From NCBI GenBank assembly GCA_047639355.1, contig JBLIOC010000002.1, positions 1 to 61,107 of the forward strand: DNA of 61,107 nucleotides. The letters are read 5' to 3'. The notes beneath the pieces were generated by a model. It had not been told where the DNA came from, made no database searches, and was given only the letters and a program-made list of their open reading frames with translations. A program made the position numbers and the translations under genes. Shown piece by piece: positions 48,230 to 57,666 of this stretch; position 1 is the first letter of the stretch; each line of letters opens with the position of its first letter. Origin of the DNA: Minisyncoccia bacterium (GTDB lineage: Bacteria > Patescibacteriota > Minisyncoccia > Phycocordibacterales > UBA918).

Positions 48230-48926
48230 AAAGTTTTTAAAAATTTGGTTGACACTAGTCTTGGTCAGTGTTTTGTGGTGGGTATTCTTTGCTGGTAAAG
48301 AAGTGGCGGTACCGGTAGTAGATATGGTTTCTAGTGATTTTGTTTCTGGGAAATCAATCAGGATAATTGCTTTTGGCGACAGCCTCACTGCTGGGTATGG
48401 TGTGTCACAGGCTGAATCTTATCCTGCTCAATTAGAAGCTGATCTTCGTGAAAAAGGCTATGACGTTCTTGTTATTAATTCTGGAGTCAGTGGCGAAACC
48501 ACCCGTGGTAATTTGGAGCGGGCTAATTTCATTCGCTCCCAAAATCCGGATATTGTCATTTTGGGTATTGGTGGTAACGACGCTCTGCGCGCTTTGCCGA
48601 TAGGCGAGAATGAAAAGAATATTAGTGCGACAGTGGAAATTTTGCAAAGTGGAAAACAGCCACCTCATGTGTTTCTTTTGCAAATGCAGGCTCCTCTTAA
48701 TGCCGGCCAGGAGTATAAAGAACGCTTTGATGCATTTTATAAAACTCTTGCTGAAGATAAAGGTCTGGTATTAGTACCGTTCATTACTGAAGATATTTTC
48801 CTCGACCAAAACAACAAGCTTGCTGATGGAATTCACTATAATCAAGTTGGTTATAAGAAAGTCATTGATCAGTATCTGTTGCCAAGATTAGAGGAGGTGT
48901 TGTTCTATTACAGTAATGACAAGTAA
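48222..48926 (+). CDS. SGNH/GDSL hydrolase (TesA-like arylesterase/lysophospholipase)
   Basis: Has a signal anchor and blocks FGDSLTAGYG, SGVSGET, GGNDAL and DGIHYN. There is an 8-nt overlap (ATGAATAA) with the permease gene. Confidence 0.85.
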   Translation: MNKKFLKIWLTLVLVSVLWWVFFAGKEVAVPVVDMVSSDFVSGKSIRIIAFGDSLTAGYGVSQAESYPAQLEADLREKGYDVLVINSGVSGETTRGNLERANFIRSQNPDIVILGIGGNDALRALPIGENEKNISATVEILQSGKQPPHVFLLQMQAPLNAGQEYKERFDAFYKTLAEDKGLVLVPFITEDIFLDQNNKLADGIHYNQVGYKKVIDQYLLPRLEEVLFYYSNDK

Positions 48927-49038
48927 TTTGTGATAAAATCTTTTAGATTTAACTTCAAACACTTCCAGTTAATTGTTAGAAACTCGTCCAATCCCCGGAG
49001 CAATCAGAAAAAACCCTTATTATAAGGGTTTTTCTTTG

Positions 49039-49175
49039 CGAGAGGAAGCGGATAAAGGTGTATAGATACCTTTAGTCAGGACTCGAAAAGCTTTTGAGGT
49101 AGTTTCGACCACAGTGAGAATAAATCCAAAAGGTATACTGCTTGTGTAACAAGAGAAATTCCTGCCGCCGGAACA
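49039..49175 (+). ncRNA. tRNA-like structured repeat unit (copy at 49 kb)
   Basis: Hairpin aaaggt-gtatagat-accttt, and helix caggactc/gaaattcctg. The core cttttgag..GACCACAGTGA..tccaaaag, GTATACTG, cttg-TGTAA-caag is nearly identical to Y1/A2. The 3' end cctgccgccggaaca matches 36395-36409. Confidence 0.55.
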
Positions 49176-49386
49176 AAACTACACAACATAAATTACAAAA
49201 ATAACGGTCGTATCCATATTACGGAGGACCGGGCTCCATAATACGTGTACTTCGTTAAAGGGTACTGTTCACACTGGAGTTTTATGATCAGTTTCGCTGT
49301 TGTATGAGTCTTTTAATTTACAGTCAATTTTGATGAAACATTTTGGAAGTTTCGTGCTTTAGGTTCGAACCTGATATAATTATTTT

Positions 49387-50016
49387 ATGTATTACTATGT
49401 TTTGGGCGCATTTTTTGCACTTTTGTTTATTTGGACTATTGGAAGTTACTTGGTGATTAGAAATATTGAAGAGCCAAAATTTACTGTAGTTGAGAGTACG
49501 GATGGTTACGATGTTCGAGAGTATTTACCTTATATTGTTGCTGAAACAGACGTAACTGGAGATTATGGTGACGCTACCAGCAAAGGTTTCGGGATAATTG
49601 CAGATTATATATTTGGTAACAATACTTCACTCTCTAGTATTGCAATGACAGCCCCGGTACTTGAAAACAAAACCTCGGAAAAGATTGCTATGACAGTCCC
49701 TGTTATAGATACTGTAAAAGATGAGAATTCTAGGACAATTTCTTTTGTTTTACCATCTGAGTACACGTTAGAAACTCTACCGATGCCGAATAATCCACAG
49801 GTCACAATTACCCAGGTTAACTCACGAAAAGTGGCCGCACTTTCTTTTAGTTGGTATCCAACTGCTAAAAGAGTCGAATTAAAAAAGAAGGAACTTCAGG
49901 CACTACTTGAAAAGGACGGTTTGGAAATAAATGGAGAAATACAAGTTGCGCGCTATAACCCGCCCCTATCTATGCCGTTCATGCTGCGTAATGAAATAAT
50001 TATTCCCATAAAATAA
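49387..50016 (+). CDS. SOUL heme-binding-domain protein with an N-terminal anchor
   Basis: 209 aa with EEPKFTVVE..YDVREY, two IAMTAPV/IAMTVPV motifs, and ARYNPP..R.NEI, typical of the SOUL/HBP family. Confidence 0.7.
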   Translation: MYYYVLGAFFALLFIWTIGSYLVIRNIEEPKFTVVESTDGYDVREYLPYIVAETDVTGDYGDATSKGFGIIADYIFGNNTSLSSIAMTAPVLENKTSEKIAMTVPVIDTVKDENSRTISFVLPSEYTLETLPMPNNPQVTITQVNSRKVAALSFSWYPTAKRVELKKKELQALLEKDGLEINGEIQVARYNPPLSMPFMLRNEIIIPIK

Positions 50017-50021
50017 ATCAT

Positions 50022-50417
50022 ATGCAAACATATAATTGGTATCAGGCTCTTGCTAAGCCAGAATGGGCACCGCCTTCTTGGCTGTTTGGTCCTGTTTGGA
50101 GTGTTCTGTATGCAATAATTGTAATATCTTTTGGGTATGTTGCGTATAAGTACATAAAAGGTGTTATACCTTTTATTGTTTTGTTGCCGTTTATACTGAA
50201 TCTAGTTTTCAACTTCGCGTTCACTCCTTTACAGTTCGGTCTACAAAACAATCTTCTGGCAGCAATCGACATTGTCTTGGTGCTAGGGACGATGGTTTGG
50301 GCCGGTTTCGTTATTTATCCATATTTTTCATGGGTGGTATATGTAAACATTCCATATCTCCTCTGGGTGTCGTTCGCTACGATACTCCAACTAAATATTA
50401 CTTATTTAAACTGGTAA
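50022..50417 (+). CDS. tspO: TspO/MBR-family tryptophan-rich sensory protein (short)
   Basis: 131 aa with the motif WYQALAKPEWAPPSWLFGPVWSVLY. Confidence 0.7.
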   Translation: MQTYNWYQALAKPEWAPPSWLFGPVWSVLYAIIVISFGYVAYKYIKGVIPFIVLLPFILNLVFNFAFTPLQFGLQNNLLAAIDIVLVLGTMVWAGFVIYPYFSWVVYVNIPYLLWVSFATILQLNITYLNW

Positions 50418-50425
50418 CTTAATTT

Positions 50426-50833
50426 ATGGGTACAATACAATTAGTCTATATATATTTACTAACGATTCCTGCCTTTTTCTTAATTGATATGATCTGGTTG
50501 GGTTTTGTAGCTAACAAATTTTATCAGTCACAGATTGGCTTTTTGCTTGGTCCTGTTAACTGGACAGCTGCAATAGTTTTTTACTTGATATACATTGTAG
50601 GAATAATTATTTTTGCTGTTCATCCAGCGTTAGTAGCTGATTCTTTTGGTAAGGCCGTATTGCTCGGAGCTTTGTTTGGCTTTTTCGCTTACGCAACCTA
50701 TGACTTTACTAATCTTGCGACCATCAAAGGCTGGCCGATTTTAGTGTCAGTAGTTGATATTGTGTGGGGAACAGTTTTGACAGGAAGCGTATCCGCCGCT
50801 AGCTACTATCTAGCCAAGACCTTCGTCTTATAG
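50426..50833 (+). CDS. DUF2177-like four-TM membrane protein
   Basis: 135 aa with FYQSQIGFLL and YATYDFTNLATIKGWP, as I recall for DUF2177. Confidence 0.5.
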   Translation: MGTIQLVYIYLLTIPAFFLIDMIWLGFVANKFYQSQIGFLLGPVNWTAAIVFYLIYIVGIIIFAVHPALVADSFGKAVLLGALFGFFAYATYDFTNLATIKGWPILVSVVDIVWGTVLTGSVSAASYYLAKTFVL

Positions 50834-50837
50834 CACT

Positions 50838-51620
50838 ATGGTATTTGAAAATTTACATTTTATAGTAGGAATCATTGGACTTTTTGTTTCAATGCTCTTT
50901 GTCTTGTCAGTAATTATAAAACGGAACGACATTGCAGATATTGCTTGGGGGATTGGGATATTTATAGTTGCGTTTGCTAGTTATTTAGTGGCTGAAGAGA
51001 AGTCAGTTCTTCTTGTAATTATGTTAGTTTTGGCTGCCTTATGGGGCGGTAGATTAAGTCTTCGCATATTACTTAGAAACATAAGAAAATCTGAAGATTA
51101 TCGCTATAAAAAGTGGCGAGACGAGTGGGGTAGATTGTTCTATCCTCGTAGCTACGTGCAAGTGTATTTATTGCAAGGAGCTTTGATGATAGTGGTCGGA
51201 TACTCTTTTGTTCACGCAGGTGTTTATGGTGGAGGTGCGTCGCTAGGAATATTGCAGTTTGTTGGTCTGGGGATCTGGGTTATTGGTTATTTCTTTGAAG
51301 TGGTTGGTGACTGGCAACTTGATAAGTTTATTAAAAACAAACCAGATCCAGGCACAATACTCTCTGCTGGTCTCTGGAAATATACCCGCCATCCCAATTA
51401 TTTTGGAGAAGTAACTATGTGGTGGGGAATTTGGCTTATGGTAGCTACTTTGCCATTTGGCTATATTGCTCTCGTTAGTCCACTTATGATTACATTTCTA
51501 ATCCTAAAAGTCTCAGGTATTCCAATGCTAGAAAAAGCTTTCGCTGACAATCCTGTTTTTCAGGAATACAAAAAGCGCACTAATGCTTTTTTTCCATTTC
51601 TTCCCAAAAATATTAAGTAA
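50838..51620 (+). CDS. DUF1295 / steroid 5-alpha-reductase-like membrane protein
   Basis: 260 aa with the motif GLWKYTRHPNYFGEVTMWWG. Confidence 0.75.
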   Translation: MVFENLHFIVGIIGLFVSMLFVLSVIIKRNDIADIAWGIGIFIVAFASYLVAEEKSVLLVIMLVLAALWGGRLSLRILLRNIRKSEDYRYKKWRDEWGRLFYPRSYVQVYLLQGALMIVVGYSFVHAGVYGGGASLGILQFVGLGIWVIGYFFEVVGDWQLDKFIKNKPDPGTILSAGLWKYTRHPNYFGEVTMWWGIWLMVATLPFGYIALVSPLMITFLILKVSGIPMLEKAFADNPVFQEYKKRTNAFFPFLPKNIK

Positions 51621-51621
51621 C

Positions 51622-52227
51622 ATGAAAAAGCATTCACACATCTGGAAAATACTAATCTTTGACATGTTTGTCATTGAGTTTGGTCCGGTCGGTATTTTTT
51701 TCATTGCTTACTATTTTTCAGACTTTTTGACAGCTGCTCTATCTCTGGGAGTCTCTACCTTTGTAGCCTTGATACTTTCTCGCATCGTAAACAAAAGAGT
51801 TCCTTGGTTTGCAATCTTTTCTGGCTCACTCACCATTTTAAGTGCACTAGTGACTTACTTGCTTACAGCTCCTTGGGTATTGATTATCACAGACTCGGTT
51901 TTTTACCTAATGTTTGCTCTAATCCTAGGTTTAAGTCTTTGGCGTAATCACTCAGTTTTCAAAACTTTCTTTGGTCATGTTTTTTCAATAACAACAAAAG
52001 GGTGGCGTGTTTTAGAAAAAAGATGGTTTGTGCTTTTTGTTTTAGCTTGCTTATCAAACGAAATGGTCAGGGTATTCCTTTCTCCAGACGCTTGGGTTAC
52101 TTATAAGCAGGTAGTCGTTGTAGTGTTCCTTGTGTTTGGTCTGTATCAATTCAAGGTGACTATAAAGCATAGACTATCGCAAGCTGACCGTTTTGGTCTC
52201 CGTAAATTTAGTCCCCACAATGAATAA
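51622..52227 (+). CDS. Multi-TM membrane protein, possibly YciB/IspZ-like
   Basis: About 201 aa from MKKHSHIWK, with five hydrophobic helices. The family assignment is weak. Confidence 0.35.
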   Translation: MKKHSHIWKILIFDMFVIEFGPVGIFFIAYYFSDFLTAALSLGVSTFVALILSRIVNKRVPWFAIFSGSLTILSALVTYLLTAPWVLIITDSVFYLMFALILGLSLWRNHSVFKTFFGHVFSITTKGWRVLEKRWFVLFVLACLSNEMVRVFLSPDAWVTYKQVVVVVFLVFGLYQFKVTIKHRLSQADRFGLRKFSPHNE

Positions 52228-52726
52228 GACTCTAAAAATTAATGATAAAATGCAGTCAGGCTACTCATACACAAGAACTGAAAAACCTGGACAAAACTTT
52301 CATCCAGAATTTAAACCTCACTTAACTCCACAAGAAATGCTTGAGATGGGAGTTTTCGGGGGACTATATTTTGGAGACAAACCAAGTGAGTTCCCGAAGA
52401 CGTGGTGGAAAAATGCAAAATTTTCTTCTGATGGTAAACAGAACAAAGGAATCAATTATTATAAAGTAAACGCTAGTCAACCTCTTTCAGTTTGGAGAGA
52501 GAAGGGCTGGTTGCATAAAGAAGACCCCCGTGGATGGTTTCAGTGGTACTGCAGGTATTATCTGGGAAGACGTCACGAAGATGATGAGCGTCAGATAAAA
52601 CGGTGGAAAGCTATAACGCGTCACGCTTCGCAAATAGCTCACAATTGCAGGCCGGGAGATCAGTATTGTCGCCCAAAACAACGACAGGCGATATTACATT
52701 GGTCATACGATGCTAGAAATTTATAG
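52220..52726 (+). CDS. Hypothetical Trp/Arg-rich soluble protein
   Basis: About 168 aa from MNKTLKIND. It has an 8-nt overlap (ATGAATAA) with the upstream gene. Confidence 0.4.
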   Translation: MNKTLKINDKMQSGYSYTRTEKPGQNFHPEFKPHLTPQEMLEMGVFGGLYFGDKPSEFPKTWWKNAKFSSDGKQNKGINYYKVNASQPLSVWREKGWLHKEDPRGWFQWYCRYYLGRRHEDDERQIKRWKAITRHASQIAHNCRPGDQYCRPKQRQAILHWSYDARNL

Positions 52727-53387
52727 AACCTAAATCTAGACACTATTTCTTTGCAGACCTTTAATCATCATGCTGATATGTACTGAACATAAATAGTTCG
52801 CTCAGCCTCACAGTCCGGAGAAAACACATGTCTGCTTTATTTATGTCAAAATTACAAAGAGGATGGCGGGTAATGAAACTCTAGACGATCCATATCATGC
52901 AGGAAACAGCGGAAACAAAGTCGGTGAATGAAATTACTGGATACTGATACTCAATATGGTGGGAGGCCTTTTTCTATAAATGGAGCATATTAATATAAAC
53001 TATAGCTACAAATCTTAAATCAGGTATACTCATAGCATGTCAAAACGAATAATTGCACTAAGTCCCAAAAAGAAGACTTCGTCGCACTCACACAAAACAA
53101 AGAAACGTCTAGAGGCAAAAAGAGAAATGCTTGCAAAAAAAGCGAGCAAGGGGAAAAGTAAGTAGATCTAGAACCAGGATCTGCTAATTGAGAGACAGAT
53201 GTAACAAATACTGATAAAACACGCTTAGAAATGAGTGTGTTTTATTTGCTACCAATCGTTTGTTTTCAATGCTGAAAGTTAGAGTACCTTCCCAATCGTG
53301 AGTAAGTAAAATGTCTCAATACCAATAGTATTTGTTATTTAAACCGGATACCTTCGTAGAACAATAAAACTTTTGGTATACTTTGGT

Positions 53388-53786
53388 ATGGAAAAGAAAA
53401 TTTTGATTATAGAGGATGACAGTATGCTTCGTAGCGCACTGGCCGAGTGGCTTTCGGGGGAGGGGTATGAAGTTAGAGGCTGTAGTTCAGTTGTAGAAGC
53501 GTTTGAACAGATTGAGGAAACAAAACCAGATGTAATTTTGACGGATTTAGTAATGGCAAACCACAATGGCTTTGACGTTTTAAAAAAAGTAAAAGAGGAC
53601 GCACGGCTAAACAGTATAATTGTTTTAGTTATGTCAAACAGCAGCCAGGACAAAGATTTTGAAAAAGCTATCTTAATGGGTGCAAAAGATTTTTTCTCGA
53701 AGTCAGATCTTTCATTGAAGGAAATAGTGGATCGGGTAAAGAAGGTTATTTCTGAAACAGAACCTCCTTCAGCTGCTTTAGAATAG
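53388..53786 (+). CDS. Stand-alone response-regulator receiver (CheY-like) protein
   Basis: Has MEKKILIIEDD, D..TDLVM (phospho-acceptor) and K near LMGAKDF. TGG-TATACT (53374-53382) lies directly upstream, suggesting a short or absent leader. Confidence 0.8.
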   Translation: MEKKILIIEDDSMLRSALAEWLSGEGYEVRGCSSVVEAFEQIEETKPDVILTDLVMANHNGFDVLKKVKEDARLNSIIVLVMSNSSQDKDFEKAILMGAKDFFSKSDLSLKEIVDRVKKVISETEPPSAALE

Positions 53787-53943
53787 TAGGGAAGTAATTC
53801 CTTTCATAAGAGTACTCTCTTAACTACTTGAATAGTTAGTATATTTTAAACGCTTGAACCTGTTGTGTTACTCAAATAACGCTTGTTTCGCTTGCTAATT
53901 TGCCTATATACATAATGACACCACTATAGATGTATGAATTTCA

Positions 53944-53971
53944 TTGACAAAAACTAATAAGCTTGTATCAT
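53944..53971 (+). promoter_or_regulatory. Sigma70-like promoter of the cold-shock gene
   Basis: TTGACA - 16 nt - TATCAT, giving a 5' UTR of about 80 nt. Confidence 0.55.
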
Positions 53972-54057
53972 GTAGCTTCAAATCGAAATTGTACTAAACA
54001 AAGTTTGTTTTTACACTCTCATGAAGGTTTGAGATTATTACTTTGTAAAGAAACAAT

Positions 54058-54258
54058 ATGCAAACAGGAACTATCGCTCGTCTTAATAACGGGTACGGAT
54101 TTATCACACGAGAAGGAGAAGACAAGGATCTTTTCTTCCACGTAAACGAACTAGACGGAGTGGCTTTTGACGACCTACGAGAGGGAGACAAAGTTCAATT
54201 CGAAGTTGGTGAAGGTCCAAAGGGACCAAACGCAGTGAAGGTGAGTCGAGTTGACTAG
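54058..54258 (+). CDS. cspA: Cold-shock protein (CspA family)
   Basis: 66 aa with RNP motifs GYGFI and LFFHV. Confidence 0.9.
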   Translation: MQTGTIARLNNGYGFITREGEDKDLFFHVNELDGVAFDDLREGDKVQFEVGEGPKGPNAVKVSRVD

Positions 54259-54273
54259 TTAATTTGACCCAAT

Positions 54274-54302
54274 AAAAAAGCACCACTAATGGTGCTTTTT
54301 TT
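54274..54302 (+). terminator. Intrinsic terminator of csp
   Basis: aaaaaagcacc-actaat-ggtgcttttttt. Confidence 0.8.
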
Positions 54303-54495
54303 ATTGTCATTCTAAACTAAGTCACTGTTCTTTCTTCTTAAGAAACTATACTTAAGGATGTTAAAGTTACCAGAAAAGGTACATTTCGATTCGTTCCGTA
54401 TTAGTCATCTTTCAACTAGGTGATTTCAAACCACCAAAAGGGAAATATGATTGAGGTTAAATCTTCCTTGTAGAACATATGTTACTATTTATTAT

Positions 54496-55350
54496 ATGAA
54501 CCTAGTTAGCCGGCCGCTCTTCAAGCGATTATTAAAAGTATTAGCAGGAATCCTTCTATTTTGGGCTTTTTCTTATTTAGTTTTAGTCATACTATTTCAA
54601 CCTTCGCATGAGCGTGAGTGGGAATTGGGGCAGGAGGTGTTACCTCATATTCTTTTTGATGGTGATTTAGTAACCATTAAAGGCTTTCGCAATTTTGACT
54701 GGCAAGATGACAGCAGTGCAATTCCTCAATATGAGACTCGTTCTTTTTCTATAAACGACATGGATTCAGTTGATGTTTTAATATCTCACTTTGATGATTT
54801 TGAAGGCTTGGCACACATCTTCTTAAGTTTTGGTTTAACTACCGGTGAGCAAATGGTTATTTCGTTTGAAACTAGAAGAGAGGTGGGAGAGGAATTTTCT
54901 CCTGTTTTAGGCATACTCCGCCAGTTTGAAATTATTTATGTAGTTGGTTCTGAAGAGGATATTGTTGGCCTCCGTACTGATGTGCGGAGCGAGCGTGTAT
55001 ACCTCTACCCAACCAAAGCATCTCCGAAACAAGCAAAGGCTCTTTTTAGAATTTTGGCGACAGATATAAATTCTGTTTATGAACAGCCTCGTATTTATAA
55101 TACTTTGACAAACAACTGCACTAATGAAATTACTAGACGAGTGGAAGATATTACCGAAGTTAGTTTCCCGCTTTCTTGGAAAACAGTGTTACCAGGATAT
55201 TTCGATGAAATACTATACGAACTTAACGTTATTGATTCAGACGCCAGTTTCGAAGAAATTAAAGCTCGACACGAAATAAATAATAATCTTGTCAATCGTC
55301 ATAAGGAGACCTATAGAGTTGATTTAAGAAATAGTTCGCGGGTTGAATGA
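54496..55350 (+). CDS. DUF4105-like membrane-anchored protein
   Basis: Starts MNLVSRPLF with a TM segment. It has HIFLSFG and the YNTLTNNCTNEI motif characteristic of DUF4105. Confidence 0.6.
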   Translation: MNLVSRPLFKRLLKVLAGILLFWAFSYLVLVILFQPSHEREWELGQEVLPHILFDGDLVTIKGFRNFDWQDDSSAIPQYETRSFSINDMDSVDVLISHFDDFEGLAHIFLSFGLTTGEQMVISFETRREVGEEFSPVLGILRQFEIIYVVGSEEDIVGLRTDVRSERVYLYPTKASPKQAKALFRILATDINSVYEQPRIYNTLTNNCTNEITRRVEDITEVSFPLSWKTVLPGYFDEILYELNVIDSDASFEEIKARHEINNNLVNRHKETYRVDLRNSSRVE

Positions 55351-55359
55351 TTTAATTGT

Positions 55360-57186
55360 ATGTTTTCATTTTTTCATAAGCGTAAGAAAGTAGTCGCTGA
55401 AAATGTACAAGGTTTATATGGTGCTTTTCTCAAACGTCGCAGACAATTGCTACGTTTGTCTATTCTATCCTTCGGCATTACATTTCTTGCTTTAGCGATA
55501 GTTGGCCTTAAATTTTTCTACCCATTTCATATGGTTATTGGAGTTTCTATATACATTCTTTCTTTTGTTCCTTTGGTCCGCAGTATCTATTTATCTAGGC
55601 AGACCTGGAAAGCGTATCGAGCTTACTCATGGAGCACATCTTTTTTTAAGAAAGAGCGCATGCGGTTGGTATTTGCAGTCGTCTTTATCATTACTATCAT
55701 TTCCTTTCTTTGGTTACGCCCCCTTGATGACAGACCTTTTGCCAATCTCACTGATGAGCAATTAGTACAGCAAATAGTCGACGACCGTTATTTGTCCGTC
55801 ACAGTTATGGATTATTTGGAGACATCTGGTAATGAATTAGTTTCTTTACTAAACACCGGTCGTGAGGATATGAATCTGAATGAAGATGTGTCGATTGCTT
55901 TTGCTACCTTTTTGGAAGCTACTGCATTTTCTGAGTCTCTGACTGAATCTCATCGATATTTTGCATCGATACCTTATGGCCTTTGGGATGAGCGAGTGTC
56001 ATCATTTCTTATTTCTTATAGTCTTTATGTGAAGAAATATGAGATTGTTCACCGAATTATGTCTGCTGTTTCAGGTGATGAGAGGTTGAAAAAAATATTA
56101 AACCAGCAAATTTCTGAATTGGGCCACGGTGATGTTTATAGTGAAATGGTGAACCGGTTTTATGAGCCCAAAACACGCCTGCGTCTTACTGGCGGTTATT
56201 TTTACATGCAAATATTTGCCCAACCAGATGAAAAGAATGACCCAGCCTTTGCACTCCTTTACAGTAAATCAGCTGGTAGCTATAGCTACTTGAGTGGCAA
56301 TTTTGTTAGTACTCTTCTTCATACCGGAGAAGTCGTGACTGATAACCTTGAACAAAATATGTTTGACGCTTGGTTTCCAGTTCAAAAGACAGTTGCCACT
56401 GCCATGGGACGGGCTATTCTTACAACTAGAGGTAAGGATGGATTTATTACTCCTCAGCAGGCCTTTGCAATGGGAGAAGTTATGAAGCCTGGCGATATCA
56501 TGCTTCAGCGTCGCAATTGGCATGTCAGTAACGTAGGGATTCCTGGTTTTTGGACTCATTCAGCTCTTTATACCGGTGATTTAGCCACGATGGATAATTA
56601 TTTTGCTTCCGAGTTTCCGTATCTAGGTCATGACACAATGTCCTCCTATTTAGCTGATAATCATCCTGATGTCTATAGTCGTTACATAGAACCCGATAAG
56701 GACGGTAATCCTAGAGCAGTAATAGAGGCAATTGAGCCGGGAGTAGTTGTACAGAGTCTGGCTGTTTCAGCCGATGCTGATTTTGTGGTTACATTGAGGG
56801 TTGGTATATCTAAATATGATACTCTCCTGGCTATTTTGCGAGCTTTCGAAAATTTTGGTAAACCTTATGATTTTGATTTTGACTTTGATACTCGTGACGC
56901 TATTGTATGCTCAGAGTTAGTGTACGATGCGTATTTGCCGAGACCTCCCGAGAAAGAGGGTTTATATTTTGAAGTTTCAATGGTTAATGGTCGTAAGGTG
57001 GTATCTCCACTTGATATGGCAAACAAATTTGTTGCTGAATACGGTACACCAGAGCAGCTTCTCACTTTTGTGTACCTACTGCGTGGAAGTGAAGATACTC
57101 AAGCAGCAACTGTAGGAACAGAAGCTGATTTCCTTGAAAGTGTTAATTGGAGCAAGTTTAGCTTCTTTCAGAAATTAGAAGACTAG
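55360..57186 (+). CDS. Multi-TM protein with a C-terminal YiiX/YaeF-like permuted papain-fold (NlpC/P60 superfamily) domain
   Basis: 608 aa. It has GDIMLQRR...GFWTHSALY and the catalytic-Cys context DAIVCSELVYDAY. Confidence 0.55.
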   Translation: MFSFFHKRKKVVAENVQGLYGAFLKRRRQLLRLSILSFGITFLALAIVGLKFFYPFHMVIGVSIYILSFVPLVRSIYLSRQTWKAYRAYSWSTSFFKKERMRLVFAVVFIITIISFLWLRPLDDRPFANLTDEQLVQQIVDDRYLSVTVMDYLETSGNELVSLLNTGREDMNLNEDVSIAFATFLEATAFSESLTESHRYFASIPYGLWDERVSSFLISYSLYVKKYEIVHRIMSAVSGDERLKKILNQQISELGHGDVYSEMVNRFYEPKTRLRLTGGYFYMQIFAQPDEKNDPAFALLYSKSAGSYSYLSGNFVSTLLHTGEVVTDNLEQNMFDAWFPVQKTVATAMGRAILTTRGKDGFITPQQAFAMGEVMKPGDIMLQRRNWHVSNVGIPGFWTHSALYTGDLATMDNYFASEFPYLGHDTMSSYLADNHPDVYSRYIEPDKDGNPRAVIEAIEPGVVVQSLAVSADADFVVTLRVGISKYDTLLAILRAFENFGKPYDFDFDFDTRDAIVCSELVYDAYLPRPPEKEGLYFEVSMVNGRKVVSPLDMANKFVAEYGTPEQLLTFVYLLRGSEDTQAATVGTEADFLESVNWSKFSFFQKLED

Positions 57187-57331
57187 TTCTTTTGCTATAC
57201 ATATGCCAACATGACTTCATATTAATCTATGAGCAGTTTTGTTCCTAGGGCTGATGAATGGTTCTTATATGGTGCGCGTAGTATACTAGTGAAAGAGTTA
57301 CTAGCGCCGATAACTGAAACAATAAAAATAC

Positions 57332-57646
57332 ATGCTAACGCTTTATTACATTCCCACTTGTCCATTTTGCCAAAGAGTTCTTCAAGTGGCCGAAAACCTG
57401 AAAGTTGACTTTGACCTGAAAGATATTTCTGAAGATGAAAAGACCCGCCTAGAGCTAATTGAGAAGGGCGGAAAGGGACAGGTACCGTATTTGGTTGATA
57501 CAGAGAAGGAAGTAACGATGTATGAGTCAAACGACATTATTGAATATATTCGCGAGAATTATGCTAATTCTGGAGCTTCGACACTGGTTGCGGCTAAGCC
57601 TCGTGTACATGTAAGTGGTTCTGTGTGTGAATCTTGTGAAGGTTAG
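57332..57646 (+). CDS. Glutaredoxin-family protein
   Basis: 104 aa with a CPFC active site and GKGQVPYL. Confidence 0.75.
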   Translation: MLTLYYIPTCPFCQRVLQVAENLKVDFDLKDISEDEKTRLELIEKGGKGQVPYLVDTEKEVTMYESNDIIEYIRENYANSGASTLVAAKPRVHVSGSVCESCEG

Positions 57647-57666
57647 TCGCGTAATAAATTTTCTCT

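Noticed and set aside
30-49175. Hammerhead or other small self-cleaving ribozyme as the explanation of the three-way-junction core
   Set aside because: The junction strands (GAAAAG, yrTACyG, short purine linker) do not reproduce the CUGANGA / GAAA / UH hammerhead core in any circular permutation. I cannot match twister, pistol or hatchet from memory, so no ribozyme claim is made.
49340-49386. Possible tRNA fragment at aggttcgaacct
   Set aside because: It is a 12-nt perfect palindrome without acceptor or anticodon arms. It is not a tRNA.
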